IMG/VR virus record: IMGVR_UViG_3300045988_130724
Span: 12,203-76,202 of that record
Source: a virus
Strand: one strand, 5' to 3'
Length of the DNA stretch: 64,000 bases
Shown: positions 53,857 to 62,147 of the stretch, piece by piece
Layout of the letters: each line of letters begins with the position of its first letter
How positions within the stretch are numbered: the stretch's first letter is position 1
Notes under the pieces: model-generated
Told to the model about the DNA's origin: nothing
Databases searched by the model: none
The model's input: only the letters and a program-made list of their open reading frames with translations
Position numbers and translations under genes: made by a program

Positions 53857-54264
53857 TTATATGTCTTTCAAATAATTATCCACCACTTTAATAAACTCGT
53901 CTAATGACCGAACAACGATGTATTTGTTACCATTTGCCTCACATTCCTTTTGCCATTCTTTTTGGACCGGTCTTTGGTATTCTCCCGGCTTTTTCATTTC
54001 CACACACAAAGCTCCATAGAAACGATTGCTCTTAAGAAGTATCAGGTCTGCGACTCCGGGAAGCATACCTTCATCTTTCATATAAGCTCCGTTCCTTGCA
54101 GAACGTCTTGCCGCATTAGGAACAGCAAACAGCATATTTCTGAGATGGGGATATTTTAAACGGAAATATCTAACACAAGAACATTGTATTTTATGCTCTT
54201 CATTTTTGGGCTTACTACGGCTGCTTGCCACACAAGCCTTGGATTTCATCTCTTCGTATGTCAT
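53857..54264 (-). CDS. VRR-NUC domain nuclease
   Basis: GMLPGVADLILL...ALCVEMKKPG carries the PD-(D/E)xK motif arrangement of VRR-NUC. Confidence 0.75.
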   Translation of the reverse strand: MTYEEMKSKACVASSRSKPKNEEHKIQCSCVRYFRLKYPHLRNMLFAVPNAARRSARNGAYMKDEGMLPGVADLILLKSNRFYGALCVEMKKPGEYQRPVQKEWQKECEANGNKYIVVRSLDEFIKVVDNYLKDI

Positions 54265-55136
54265 AACACTTCAACAAGTTTAAAACCAAGTAACATCAAC
54301 AATTCGTTGAATTTCTCTTTATACCAAAGTGGCTGTGTTTCTTTGGGATTATTAGGGTTGACTTGGTTCTCACCGTATGGAAGCCCGGATTCAGTTATAG
54401 ATTTGAAATGCTTATCTCTACCTTTTGATGATTTCCTTTTAATATCACACAAGATACCTTTCTGAATCGCTCTTTGATTAAACGCCTGTGCGCTGATAGA
54501 CAGACCCGCTTCTTTGAGTAATTCAGTAGCAGATTTGAGTATTCCATGTGATGGAGTATAATCAGGGGTCGGCAACCCAAGAGGTGCAGCTATACTCTTT
54601 GCCAGCATCAATTTAGATGTATCGTTTAAATTAAGCGTCTTTATAAGCCATGTAGCTACTTTCATTTTGTCGGAGATGGTTGGCTGTTTCACTTCTGTTT
54701 TTACCGAAGTGATTATTGGTTCTGCTTTCCCTGTTTCCAACGCTTCCCATCTATCAATAATCTTTGCTCTAAGTACAACATCATAACCACTCGCTAACAA
54801 TATACTTGCTTTTTTGTTAAGGCTGTATAATGTTCTTTGTTCGCCTTTTGCATCTTGATAAGAATCTTCTGTAATTACATATTGTGAACCTCCAACGCTA
54901 AAAGCAAAATTCAACAATTTCTTTTGTGTTGATTCAGATAGATACTTGTATTGAGTTCTATCTCCTCGATGGTAATCTTCTTCAACCAATCCAGATGTGG
55001 ATTCGTTAGATTTCTTCAAGCTTTCTATCATGTTACGAATATCTCTCATAACATGAGCGTGTTGTTTACCTGTGAGTTCGGCAATTTCAAGCGAACTCAT
55101 TGTTTGTTTTGATAAAATAATTTCTTTTGTTTTCAT
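54261..55136 (-). CDS. Rha family phage regulatory protein
   Basis: MSSLEIAELTGKQHAHVMRDIRNMI is the Rha N-terminal signature. Confidence 0.75.
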   Translation of the reverse strand: MKTKEIILSKQTMSSLEIAELTGKQHAHVMRDIRNMIESLKKSNESTSGLVEEDYHRGDRTQYKYLSESTQKKLLNFAFSVGGSQYVITEDSYQDAKGEQRTLYSLNKKASILLASGYDVVLRAKIIDRWEALETGKAEPIITSVKTEVKQPTISDKMKVATWLIKTLNLNDTSKLMLAKSIAAPLGLPTPDYTPSHGILKSATELLKEAGLSISAQAFNQRAIQKGILCDIKRKSSKGRDKHFKSITESGLPYGENQVNPNNPKETQPLWYKEKFNELLMLLGFKLVEVL

Positions 55137-55154
55137 GTTATTCTTTTAATTAAA

Positions 55155-55178
55155 GCCCCGAAGCGTATTCTCCGGGGC
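55155..55178 (-). terminator. hairpin with GAAUACGC-containing loop, followed by UUUAAUUAAAAG
   Basis: GCCCCGG-AGAAUACGCU-UCGGGGC, 18 nt upstream of the Rha ATG. Confidence 0.4.
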
Positions 55179-55495
55179 ACAACCATTCTTTACTAACCCT
55201 TGCCATTTATGTGTGGCTCACATTTATGAGGTGGTAGCAGGACTTGCACCTGCATGATAGGAGTTTTTCTTGGACTTTCACCAAGTAGTTTATTCATTGA
55301 CATTGCGGTCTATTCGGCATTACCCGTTATTAACTCAGTGGTTTGAATTTCTTTTTACGGCTAACCGTAACACATTGACTTACCAACCTATCTATAAGAG
55401 CTTCACTTTAGCGTCTCTCGTTGTTCCGCCATACCACCATTTTCGCCCGCCCCATCTTCACAGACCGGGAAGGCATGTAAACAAATGCACTTAAT
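55179..55495 (-). ncRNA. ORF-free, GC-richer structured region (candidate ncRNA or cis element)
   Basis: No convincing ORF in any frame. Local hairpins at 55237-55253, 55269-55285 and 55355-55370. Long-range complementarity ggtggta (55230-55236) / taccacc (55432-55438). Strand is assumed from context. Confidence 0.3.
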
Positions 55496-56164
55496 CTATA
55501 TCAAATCAGTCAACCCAAATTTAATTTTAATAGCATTGATGATGGCTTTATACTGTTTCTCGTAGATTTTTCCCGAATGTGTCTTCTCTACTTTCTTTTC
55601 AAACTCTTCAATGCTGCCACGAAAACACCCACAAGTTATTTCGACTTTATTATCTTTTGTCAAATATGCGTGAGTGTGGCGGTTGCATGAACCGAAACAA
55701 TCAAATCCGCAATGATTGTTATCATTTTCTATATCAGCATCGCCGGACACCCGAGCATCGCCGTACACCCGAGCATCGCCGTACACCCAAGCATTGCCGG
55801 ACACCTGAGCATTGCCGGACACCTGAGCATTGCCGTACACCCAAGCATCGCCGTACACCCAAGCATCGCCGGACACCCGAGCATCGCCGTACACCCGAGC
55901 ATTGCCGGACACCTGAGCATTGCCGGACACCTGAGCATTGCCGTACACCTGAGCATTGCCGTACACCCAAGCATCGCCGTACACCCAAGCATCGCCGGAC
56001 ACCCAAGCATTGCTTTCTTGGTCTAAGTTCTCATCTTTCTCAACATATCCTCCCAAATCACCTTCCTTGGCATATTTGAAAGACTTTGTACACTTAATTT
56101 GGAATAATTTAATTCCAAAAGTATTGAATACAAACTTGTCTGTAAGTTCAAATTTCTTTTCCAT
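55496..56164 (-). CDS. hexapeptide-repeat (left-handed beta-helix-like) protein
   Basis: MEKKFELTDKF...GDLGGYVEKDENL, then 15 to 16 repeats of (D/N)A(W/Q/R)V(Y/S)G, then a Cys/His-rich tail. The ATG at 56164 is preferred because a packed 32-codon ORF fills 56166-56264. Confidence 0.75.
   Translation of the reverse strand: MEKKFELTDKFVFNTFGIKLFQIKCTKSFKYAKEGDLGGYVEKDENLDQESNAWVSGDAWVYGDAWVYGNAQVYGNAQVSGNAQVSGNARVYGDARVSGDAWVYGDAWVYGNAQVSGNAQVSGNAWVYGDARVYGDARVSGDADIENDNNHCGFDCFGSCNRHTHAYLTKDNKVEITCGCFRGSIEEFEKKVEKTHSGKIYEKQYKAIINAIKIKFGLTDLI
55737..56011 (-). repeat. 18-bp tandem repeat, about 15 copies (coding)
   Basis: Unit gcatcgccgtacacccaa and variants. Confidence 0.95.
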
Positions 56165-56165
56165 G

Positions 56166-56264
56166 TCAATCAAAATTAAAATTATCCTCACCGTCCGATT
56201 CTTCCTCCGGCATATCATTACCGAAATCCATCGGAATGAACCAATCTGAAATAAACTCTTCCAT
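56166..56264 (-). CDS. acidic 32-aa peptide (below ORF-track cutoff)
   Basis: Hand-translated: MEEFISDWFIPMDFGNDMPEEESDGEDNFNFD. Starts 2 nt after the upstream stop, and its stop lies 1 nt before the next ATG. Confidence 0.35.
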   Translation of the reverse strand: MEEFISDWFIPMDFGNDMPEEESDGEDNFNFD

Positions 56265-56266
56265 AA

Positions 56267-56674
56267 CTAAATCAAATCAATTATTTTGGTTTTAACAATC
56301 GCATCCAATCTCATATCAGACAAACCTTGTGAAAGGTGTTGTTCCATCAAAGTGTTTGCCTCCTTTAAATCTTTTGCACAAACCAAATTATAGTATTTCA
56401 ATTCTTTCTCATTGCCGTTCTCATCAATCTGAGTATCTACAATGGTAGCCTTGAAGAATGGCTTGTCTTCTGTCTTTTCGTTGATTATCTCAATGATGTT
56501 TGAACGTGAAATGGAGAAGACATCAGATTCCATATTATCAGATGCGTACTGTTCAAGCCCTTTGGCTTCCGCTTCTGCAAAAAGTGAACAGTCTGTAATG
56601 AAGTGTTCTTTTACTTCTTTTTCAAGACCGTCCTTGTTAGGTTTCATTACCTTTAACTTTACCTCGTAATACAT
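56267..56674 (-). CDS. DUF4494-like protein
   Basis: MYYEVKLKV...FITDCSLFAEAEAKG...FFKATIV...KELKYYNLVCAKDLKEA parallels the Bacteroidetes DUF4494 pattern as I recall it. Confidence 0.55.
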   Translation of the reverse strand: MYYEVKLKVMKPNKDGLEKEVKEHFITDCSLFAEAEAKGLEQYASDNMESDVFSISRSNIIEIINEKTEDKPFFKATIVDTQIDENGNEKELKYYNLVCAKDLKEANTLMEQHLSQGLSDMRLDAIVKTKIIDLI

Positions 56675-56675
56675 A

Positions 56676-56897
56676 TTATTCCTCCTTTGTCTTATTACGT
56701 TCCTTAATCATTGCATCAGCTATTTGGTAAGCTGTTTTAGCCTGTTTTTCAGAGCTGTAGTTTGTAATACTAACTTCTTTGGATGGGAAAAACAATGTTA
56801 CAATTCTATTCCATAAAGTTCTTCTGCGTTTTGCTCCCATCATTATGCACTTCATTGCTTCAAGCGCAATATGATCGCGCGAAATATTCGATTCCAT
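56676..56897 (-). CDS. hypothetical protein
   Basis: 73 aa ORF. Confidence 0.5.
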   Translation of the reverse strand: MESNISRDHIALEAMKCIMMGAKRRRTLWNRIVTLFFPSKEVSITNYSSEKQAKTAYQIADAMIKERNKTKEE

Positions 56898-56901
56898 AAT
56901 T

Positions 56902-57063
56902 TTATTGCTTTAATTGATTAATAACTTGTCTTTTGATTTTCTTGTACAGCTTCCCGACAAAACGTCCATGCTTCTCTGTTCCGTCATCGGGCAACTCGTT
57001 TTTATAAATATGAAGAAGTAACTGGATGAGAAGCACTTCTTGTTTTGTCAAAGTAAGTTTCAT
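56902..57063 (-). CDS. hypothetical protein (53 aa, below ORF-track cutoff)
   Basis: Hand-translated: MKLTLTKQEVLLIQLLLHIYKNELPDDGTEKHGRFVGKLYKKIKRQVINQLKQ. Confidence 0.4.
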   Translation of the reverse strand: MKLTLTKQEVLLIQLLLHIYKNELPDDGTEKHGRFVGKLYKKIKRQVINQLKQ

Positions 57064-57072
57064 GATAATAAC

Positions 57073-57267
57073 CTAAAGGAGCGATTCTATATCGCAAAGT
57101 TCAGCATATATCAACATCAGCCATACTATTATTTGTAACAGGATAGCCATATAATTATCACTGTCATTCTTATAAAACAATATCAAGAAAGATATTGCCA
57201 TAATGATAAAGGCACTAATTCGTATAATCATTGTTTCAGATATGAAATTTGTTTTGTTCGATTTCAA
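57073..57267 (-). CDS. small membrane protein (2 TM)
   Basis: 64 aa with TM segments ISAFIIMAISFLILF and LLQIIVWLMLIYA. Confidence 0.5.
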   Translation of the reverse strand: MKSNKTNFISETMIIRISAFIIMAISFLILFYKNDSDNYMAILLQIIVWLMLIYAELCDIESLL

Positions 57268-57310
57268 TCTCCATTACTGGAGTATATCAACTTTACATAA
57301 CCACATAACA

Positions 57311-57694
57311 TCAAAATGGCAAATCGTCCAAATTTTCATCCACTTGTGCGGTGGGTGCATTTACAGACGAAGAAGCGTTTAGCACTTCATAAGGCTTCAT
57401 GTTACCTATATACGGAACAGCTTTTAGCTCGTCCTCTGTCATACGTTCGCGAACTTCTTTGGCGAGCGACTGTCGTATGCTGTGCGTGTCACCATACTTG
57501 CCGGGCGACTGGTTTTCCCAAGCGGTGGAGTCAATGTACGCACCTTTGGCTTTCAGGTTATCATCTGCCGATATGAAGATGTTATTGTCTTCAATAGGTA
57601 TGAAAACACCTCTTTTTGTAGCTGTTGCACCTTTTACAGTTACAACGCAGGCGTTTTTAAATTTTAGTAAATTCAATTTGATGCTATAATTCAT
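57311..57694 (-). CDS. putative ssDNA-binding protein
   Basis: 127 aa in the recombination module. The C-terminal acidic tail ENLDDLPF resembles the SSB partner-binding tip. Confidence 0.5.
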   Translation of the reverse strand: MNYSIKLNLLKFKNACVVTVKGATATKRGVFIPIEDNNIFISADDNLKAKGAYIDSTAWENQSPGKYGDTHSIRQSLAKEVRERMTEDELKAVPYIGNMKPYEVLNASSSVNAPTAQVDENLDDLPF

Positions 57695-57707
57695 AACTCA
57701 ATCTATA

Positions 57708-58625
57708 TTAAAGTTCTATCTTATCAAAATCAATACCTTTTTCATTCATAAAGTCACCCAGCGCAATGATGTTTTCACGGGTAGTAGTAACCTTGAAAGC
57801 TCTCGTTAACAACTCAGGCTGTTGTACTTCGGGATGATTAATAAAAGGAGGCTGTTCGTTGGCTTTTTGTCCTGCCATGGCAAACGGATTGATCGGACGG
57901 GATTTGGCTTGTTCTACTTCAGCAGCTTTACGGGCTTCTTCAGCAGCCTTTCTTTCCCGCTCAGCCTTGATGCGCGCCTCTTCTGCTGCCTTGGCACGCT
58001 CACGCTGCTCCTTCAGACGGTTGGCATACTGGATGGTGGATGAGATATTGAGCGTATCCATATAATAAGTACGAAGGACATCGAAATCCTCACAAAACCC
58101 CTTTAGCGTGGAAAGTTCGTTTTCGACTTTGGAGAATATGGAATCAATTTCGTTGCATACAGACTTCATGCTTGCTGATTTGTTGAGCCACTCCGGTTTA
58201 AATACCTTGTTGAAATCCACAAGGTTAACATTCAATCCATCAAAGTAAGTCTTGATAGTGGCTTTCTTCCTATCCTTGTATTGCTGTTCGTTTTGCTTGA
58301 CTACCGTGTCAATCTTGGCAGAGCACTCGCCGATAAGTTTCACGGTTTCGGTTACAACGTCCTTGAACTCCCCGAAAGGTTTCATGAATTCTTTCTCAAT
58401 TTCAAGACGTTTGGCATTGAGGGCTTTCGCCGCCTTGTTTAAAGCTGCCTTGTCTTTCTTTGCCTGATCGATATTCTCATCGTTATAATTGGAGATATCA
58501 TACATTGGCAAAGCGGCTTTTACCATATCTCTGATTTGCTTTGCGTTGGTAGTAAGACTACCTAACGTCTTTTCACTCACAACCAGTTCTAGGTCGCTTT
58601 CTTGAATTGCTAATTGTGTGTTCAT
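57708..58625 (-). CDS. DUF1351-like recombination-module protein
   Basis: 305 aa, coiled-coil with a Lys/Ala/Glu-rich segment. Its position next to the exonuclease is as in Gram-positive phage modules. Confidence 0.45.
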   Translation of the reverse strand: MNTQLAIQESDLELVVSEKTLGSLTTNAKQIRDMVKAALPMYDISNYNDENIDQAKKDKAALNKAAKALNAKRLEIEKEFMKPFGEFKDVVTETVKLIGECSAKIDTVVKQNEQQYKDRKKATIKTYFDGLNVNLVDFNKVFKPEWLNKSASMKSVCNEIDSIFSKVENELSTLKGFCEDFDVLRTYYMDTLNISSTIQYANRLKEQRERAKAAEEARIKAERERKAAEEARKAAEVEQAKSRPINPFAMAGQKANEQPPFINHPEVQQPELLTRAFKVTTTRENIIALGDFMNEKGIDFDKIEL

Positions 58626-59308
58626 TGCTCTATATCGGCTATTTGGTTAATAATATCGTCTGCCATACGAATGCGATTCTCCATTTCCGCAAAAACCTTT
58701 TCATCTGGTAGTATGCGAACAATATGGATAGGATCTTTTTGGAAAGGATTGTAAGCAACAAAATCCGTCCAGATTGCATTACAGCACATCATGTGAGCCA
58801 TACACTGATAGAAGTATTCATACTTGACTTTGAGGAGCGAATCATTGTCATAAACTTCACTCTTATATTTCATAAATGTGTTCTGAGACGGACATTTTAT
58901 CTCAATACATCCACGCTCCCCAGATTCTTCATCATAAAAGAACCCGTCAGGACTACTGGCAAAGTTGGGGATAGTGGGGTGTTTACACGACCCCACTTCT
59001 ACAATATGCCTTCCTGTTAACCTTGAATACAAATCACGTGCGCTTGCTTCCTGTTCTGTTCCGAATCTCATTGCTTTGCTCTCTACATTAACAGCAGACA
59101 AATACTCGGCAAACGCAATATCATCGTTTACAATCTCAGGATTCATAGCTCTTTCTGCCGCAACTTGGAAAATGTAATTCTTGGCAGTATCGCTGAACAT
59201 GTCACTTCTGCCGCTTTTCATAATCAAGCCGACATTACTACCAGTAATGTTTCCGAGACGCTCACGCATCCATCCTATGGTCCTTTGTTCAAAATTGTAA
59301 TTCATCAT
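58622..59308 (-). CDS. YqaJ-like (lambda Exo-type) exonuclease
   Basis: RTIGWMRERLGNITGSNVGLIM...GCIEIKCP carries YqaJ/PD-(D/E)xK signatures. Confidence 0.75.
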   Translation of the reverse strand: MMNYNFEQRTIGWMRERLGNITGSNVGLIMKSGRSDMFSDTAKNYIFQVAAERAMNPEIVNDDIAFAEYLSAVNVESKAMRFGTEQEASARDLYSRLTGRHIVEVGSCKHPTIPNFASSPDGFFYDEESGERGCIEIKCPSQNTFMKYKSEVYDNDSLLKVKYEYFYQCMAHMMCCNAIWTDFVAYNPFQKDPIHIVRILPDEKVFAEMENRIRMADDIINQIADIEQ

Positions 59309-60237
59309 ATATCTTTATATTTAAATCTGTAACCATTTGATTGTCCAATTCTACCCCTACAACAATTACATATTGAGCCGAAATTTGTGCCTGTTGCATT
59401 GCCTGCTCCAATAATTGAAGGATATTCAGACAGAAACGAACCATCTAATGAAAAGACTAATACCGCTTTACGGTATTTTTCTTTAGATTTACGCATATTT
59501 ATTATAGCCTGTTTTGTTTGCTTATAACCTGTTTTGTATATGCGCTTTTTATTTGCCAATTTAGGTAGATCCTTCCCTTTATAATTTTTTTTATAGACCC
59601 ATCTATACCCACCAGCTGTTTTCCTTTTTCCATTACAACAAGCTACAATATGGGTTCGTAATGCCCCTGTCTCACTTTGAGCATAATAAGGACTTTTATA
59701 CTCCATGATAAAATCACCACTTATAGTAAACTGCATTACTGGAAATCCTCTAATACGGAGTTTTTCTCTTGTAGATTCTTTAAATATGCGTCCCTTGTTT
59801 AATAACCCTATCTTTTTCTTAACTTCTTCTGAATGGTGGAAACTTGGCCTACAGTTTTTCAACCATTCCCTTGTTAATGGGTTATTCATATTCTCCTTGC
59901 CTGTGCACCATCGCAAATTATTAACATTATTATCTGTCTTTATACGATTTATATGATCAATAAATGGCTTTTTATCAGGATTAGGAATAAAAGCTTCTGC
60001 TACAACTCTATGTATCCTCATGAGCTTTCGTTTACCAAAACTGGAACTAAAGCAGTACTGAGGATAGCCAAACGCGCTTAAACTGGCTTTAAGAATTTTA
60101 CCTTTCCTAAACTCTATCTTTCCATCACGTTTATGCAAGTTAATATCAAGAGATTTAATTCTTCCATAGTTGGACACTTGGTATCTACCCTCATATCCAA
60201 CTATATCTTTCCATATTTCACCATCATTTTCCATCAT
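59305..60237 (-). CDS. free-standing HNH homing endonuclease (NUMOD4 plus HNH_3 plus DNA-binding repeats)
   Basis: EIWKDIVGYEGRYQVSNYGRIKSL (NUMOD4). DHINRIKTDNNVNNLRWCTGKENMNN (HNH_3). The C-terminal half repeats ...GGYRWVYK / NGYRFKYK. Confidence 0.8.
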   Translation of the reverse strand: MMENDGEIWKDIVGYEGRYQVSNYGRIKSLDINLHKRDGKIEFRKGKILKASLSAFGYPQYCFSSSFGKRKLMRIHRVVAEAFIPNPDKKPFIDHINRIKTDNNVNNLRWCTGKENMNNPLTREWLKNCRPSFHHSEEVKKKIGLLNKGRIFKESTREKLRIRGFPVMQFTISGDFIMEYKSPYYAQSETGALRTHIVACCNGKRKTAGGYRWVYKKNYKGKDLPKLANKKRIYKTGYKQTKQAIINMRKSKEKYRKAVLVFSLDGSFLSEYPSIIGAGNATGTNFGSICNCCRGRIGQSNGYRFKYKDI

Positions 60238-61001
60238 AACAGTGTTTTTTGAACAGGTTTATCATTTGCTTTAGTTTGGGGCTGATTTACCGGCTGTTCT
60301 GCTTTTGGTTGTCCTTCAACTCCTGCGGCTTTTGCTGCGATTTCGGCAAGTTTATTAGCTTTAGATTCTTTATCTGTGACATCCTCATATTCAGTAAACT
60401 TAACTTCTTGTTCTTCTTGCGTGTACATTGCACCCAATTGGGCTGGAAAAGCTTCACGTAATGCTTGAACCTTGGCAATCTTGGAAATCATGGTAGATTT
60501 TTTTTCATTCCATATAGACTGCTTTTTATCGTACTCGGAAAGATTTACTTTCGCTACAATAGGGAATTTACGGTCAGAACGGTAAACTTCACACCACCCA
60601 CCAACAAGAACATCTGTTTTTTCATTATAGAAGCATCCTTCCACCTCTACAATTTGATTGTCTCTAACTAGAATAATACCGGCTTTGAAACCTTCATATT
60701 GCTCACTCGCATCAGCACGTTTGAAAAACGCTTCTTTACTGACAATCATTTGCGCTGGCTGTTGCCCGAATTTTACGAGAAATGCCTCATTCAAGAACGG
60801 GTTAAGCTGGTTGAATTTACAAATACTGATAAACTGTACAATATCTTGGTCAGAGACCTGACCGTTACCTTTTGTCAGATAGTTGCGTACAATATCAAAT
60901 GACAACGCCACATCATTACCTGCGACTTGGTAAATAGTCTTGCCTTTACCAAATATTGCCAATGCATCATTTTCTTGCTTTGTTAACTTGTTTTCTTCCA
61001 T
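60234..61001 (-). CDS. recT: RecT-family single-strand annealing protein
   Basis: QFISICKFNQLNPFLNEAFLVKFGQQPAQMIVSKEAFFKRA is RecT-like. Paired with an exonuclease in the module. Confidence 0.75.
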   Translation of the reverse strand: MEENKLTKQENDALAIFGKGKTIYQVAGNDVALSFDIVRNYLTKGNGQVSDQDIVQFISICKFNQLNPFLNEAFLVKFGQQPAQMIVSKEAFFKRADASEQYEGFKAGIILVRDNQIVEVEGCFYNEKTDVLVGGWCEVYRSDRKFPIVAKVNLSEYDKKQSIWNEKKSTMISKIAKVQALREAFPAQLGAMYTQEEQEVKFTEYEDVTDKESKANKLAEIAAKAAGVEGQPKAEQPVNQPQTKANDKPVQKTLL

Positions 61002-61020
61002 TGCTCTAATATTTAAAAGT

Positions 61021-61311
61021 TTAACAATATCTTGATAACCCCTGCGATAAGCAAAGGCTGGTTCTTTCTTCTTCTAAGCTTTCATCGGTATATCCTGATG
61101 AAAGCTTAGAAATGCGTAATTTTAAATTCTGATCAATCTGTCCTTTAACATCGGATATGTCTTCCTTGATAAGCTGAATAATTTCTTCCTTAGACGAATA
61201 CCCGTATTTAGGAAGATATTCAAGTTTACATGATTCAACTTTTTTCAGTTCTTCTTCCAATTGATATAGTTCATCATACATTCTGTTCTCTTTTATAGGT
61301 TTCATAAACAA
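61021..61311 (-). CDS. hypothetical protein
   Basis: 96 aa ORF. Confidence 0.5.
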   Translation of the reverse strand: MFMKPIKENRMYDELYQLEEELKKVESCKLEYLPKYGYSSKEEIIQLIKEDISDVKGQIDQNLKLRISKLSSGYTDESLEEERTSLCLSQGLSRYC

Positions 61312-61468
61312 TGCCTACAGCAGCCAACAATTCTTTCATTCTTGAATTTTTCTGTTCCACGGCATCATACATGGATGCTTTAAATTGAACTTCAACAGTA
61401 TAATTGGCAAGTTCTTCGTGACTCATAGCCAACAGTTCTTCTTTTGTTTTCATTGCTCTTATGTGCAT
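61274..61468 (-). CDS. hypothetical protein
   Basis: 64 aa ORF with AGAGCAATG start context. Confidence 0.5.
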   Translation of the reverse strand: MHIRAMKTKEELLAMSHEELANYTVEVQFKASMYDAVEQKNSRMKELLAAVGIVYETYKREQNV

Positions 61469-61472
61469 TTAG

Positions 61473-61673
61473 TTATACATATTTTACTTTTAGTATTACA
61501 TCTACCGGATTATCCTTCATTGAAGAAAAAGCGTCAAGTACCTTTTCCTTAATAATCCTAATCGGAATGTCTATAATTCTTTCCTCTACAACTGAAACAG
61601 GAATCTTACTACCATTATATGTCAACAGTGTAATTGATTGAATTACATACGGACGTTTTTTATTCATCTTCAT
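61473..61673 (-). CDS. hypothetical protein
   Basis: 66 aa ORF. Confidence 0.5.
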   Translation of the reverse strand: MKMNKKRPYVIQSITLLTYNGSKIPVSVVEERIIDIPIRIIKEKVLDAFSSMKDNPVDVILKVKYV

Positions 61674-61824
61674 GTTCTAATCTTTTACTGTGCTTCTCTA
61701 TATATATTGAAGAACAAGAAAAAATAAAAAATGAAATCCAAAACCAAACATTATCAGGATTGGCAAGTAATATTACCATGATCAATGATAAAGCCCAAAT
61801 AGTTAAAATTGGTGTTCTTTTCAT
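61660..61824 (-). CDS. small membrane protein (54 aa, below ORF-track cutoff)
   Basis: Hand-translated: MKRTPILTIWALSLIMVILLANPDNVWFWISFFIFSCSSIYIEKHSKRLEHEDE. I prefer it to the antisense track ORF 61634-61834. Confidence 0.4.
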   Translation of the reverse strand: MKRTPILTIWALSLIMVILLANPDNVWFWISFFIFSCSSIYIEKHSKRLEHEDE

Positions 61825-61853
61825 AACTTATTGATTATCTTTTTATTATGATG

Positions 61854-61861
61854 TAAAACTA
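61854..61861 (-). promoter_or_regulatory. -7-like box TAGTTTTA
   Basis: Plus strand reads taaaacta, 30 nt upstream of the ATG at 61824. Confidence 0.3.
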
Positions 61862-61935
61862 CTTTATTTTTGACTTTTACCCAAAAATTATACTTTGAAA
61901 ATACTTGTCATTAACATGATATAACAATTTGATAA

Positions 61936-62145
61936 TCAGTGTTTTAAAGAGGCGTACTTCACTACATCATAAGCATTACAATACCATCTTCCATTTTGGC
62001 GATTGGCAGGTTTCTTTTCGGCTCGTATCGCCCCAGAACCAACCAAACGAAACAGACGAGATCTACCTCCAACTATATCAGCAGCCTCACGTTGACCAAA
62101 AGTCTTATCATTAAGGACTATCTTCAATACATCTTCATCAATCAT
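61936..62145 (-). CDS. small DNA-binding (excisionase/HTH_17-like) protein
   Basis: 69 aa. FGQREAADIVGGRSRLFRLV...GRWYCNAYDVV resembles Bacteroides excisionase-type HTH proteins. Confidence 0.45.
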   Translation of the reverse strand: MIDEDVLKIVLNDKTFGQREAADIVGGRSRLFRLVGSGAIRAEKKPANRQNGRWYCNAYDVVKYASLKH

Positions 62146-62147
62146 AT

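Noticed and set aside
55270-55494. 74-aa plus-strand ORF in the ORF-free region.
   Set aside because: It is Pro/His/Leu-rich with odd composition. It has no start context or promoter and lies opposite to all neighbours. I treated the region as non-coding.
55179-55495. Cobalamin riboswitch or RNase P-like identity, suggested by the GGUGAAAGUCC and GGUGCAAGUCC hairpins.
   Set aside because: No B12 box, no GCCACUG element and no RNase P core helices could be found. The resemblance is limited to the loop sequence.
55579-56079. Four extra ORFs (55579-56079, 55712-56026, 55729-56010 and 55734-56006) across the 18-bp repeats.
   Set aside because: This is the same artefact of a repeat whose length is a multiple of three. 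Only the hexapeptide frame connects to sensible N- and C-terminal domains.
61634-61834. 66-aa plus-strand ORF.
   Set aside because: A 54-codon minus-strand membrane-protein ORF (61660-61824) fits the operon strand, has an upstream -7-like box, and overlaps the next gene's start in the usual way.
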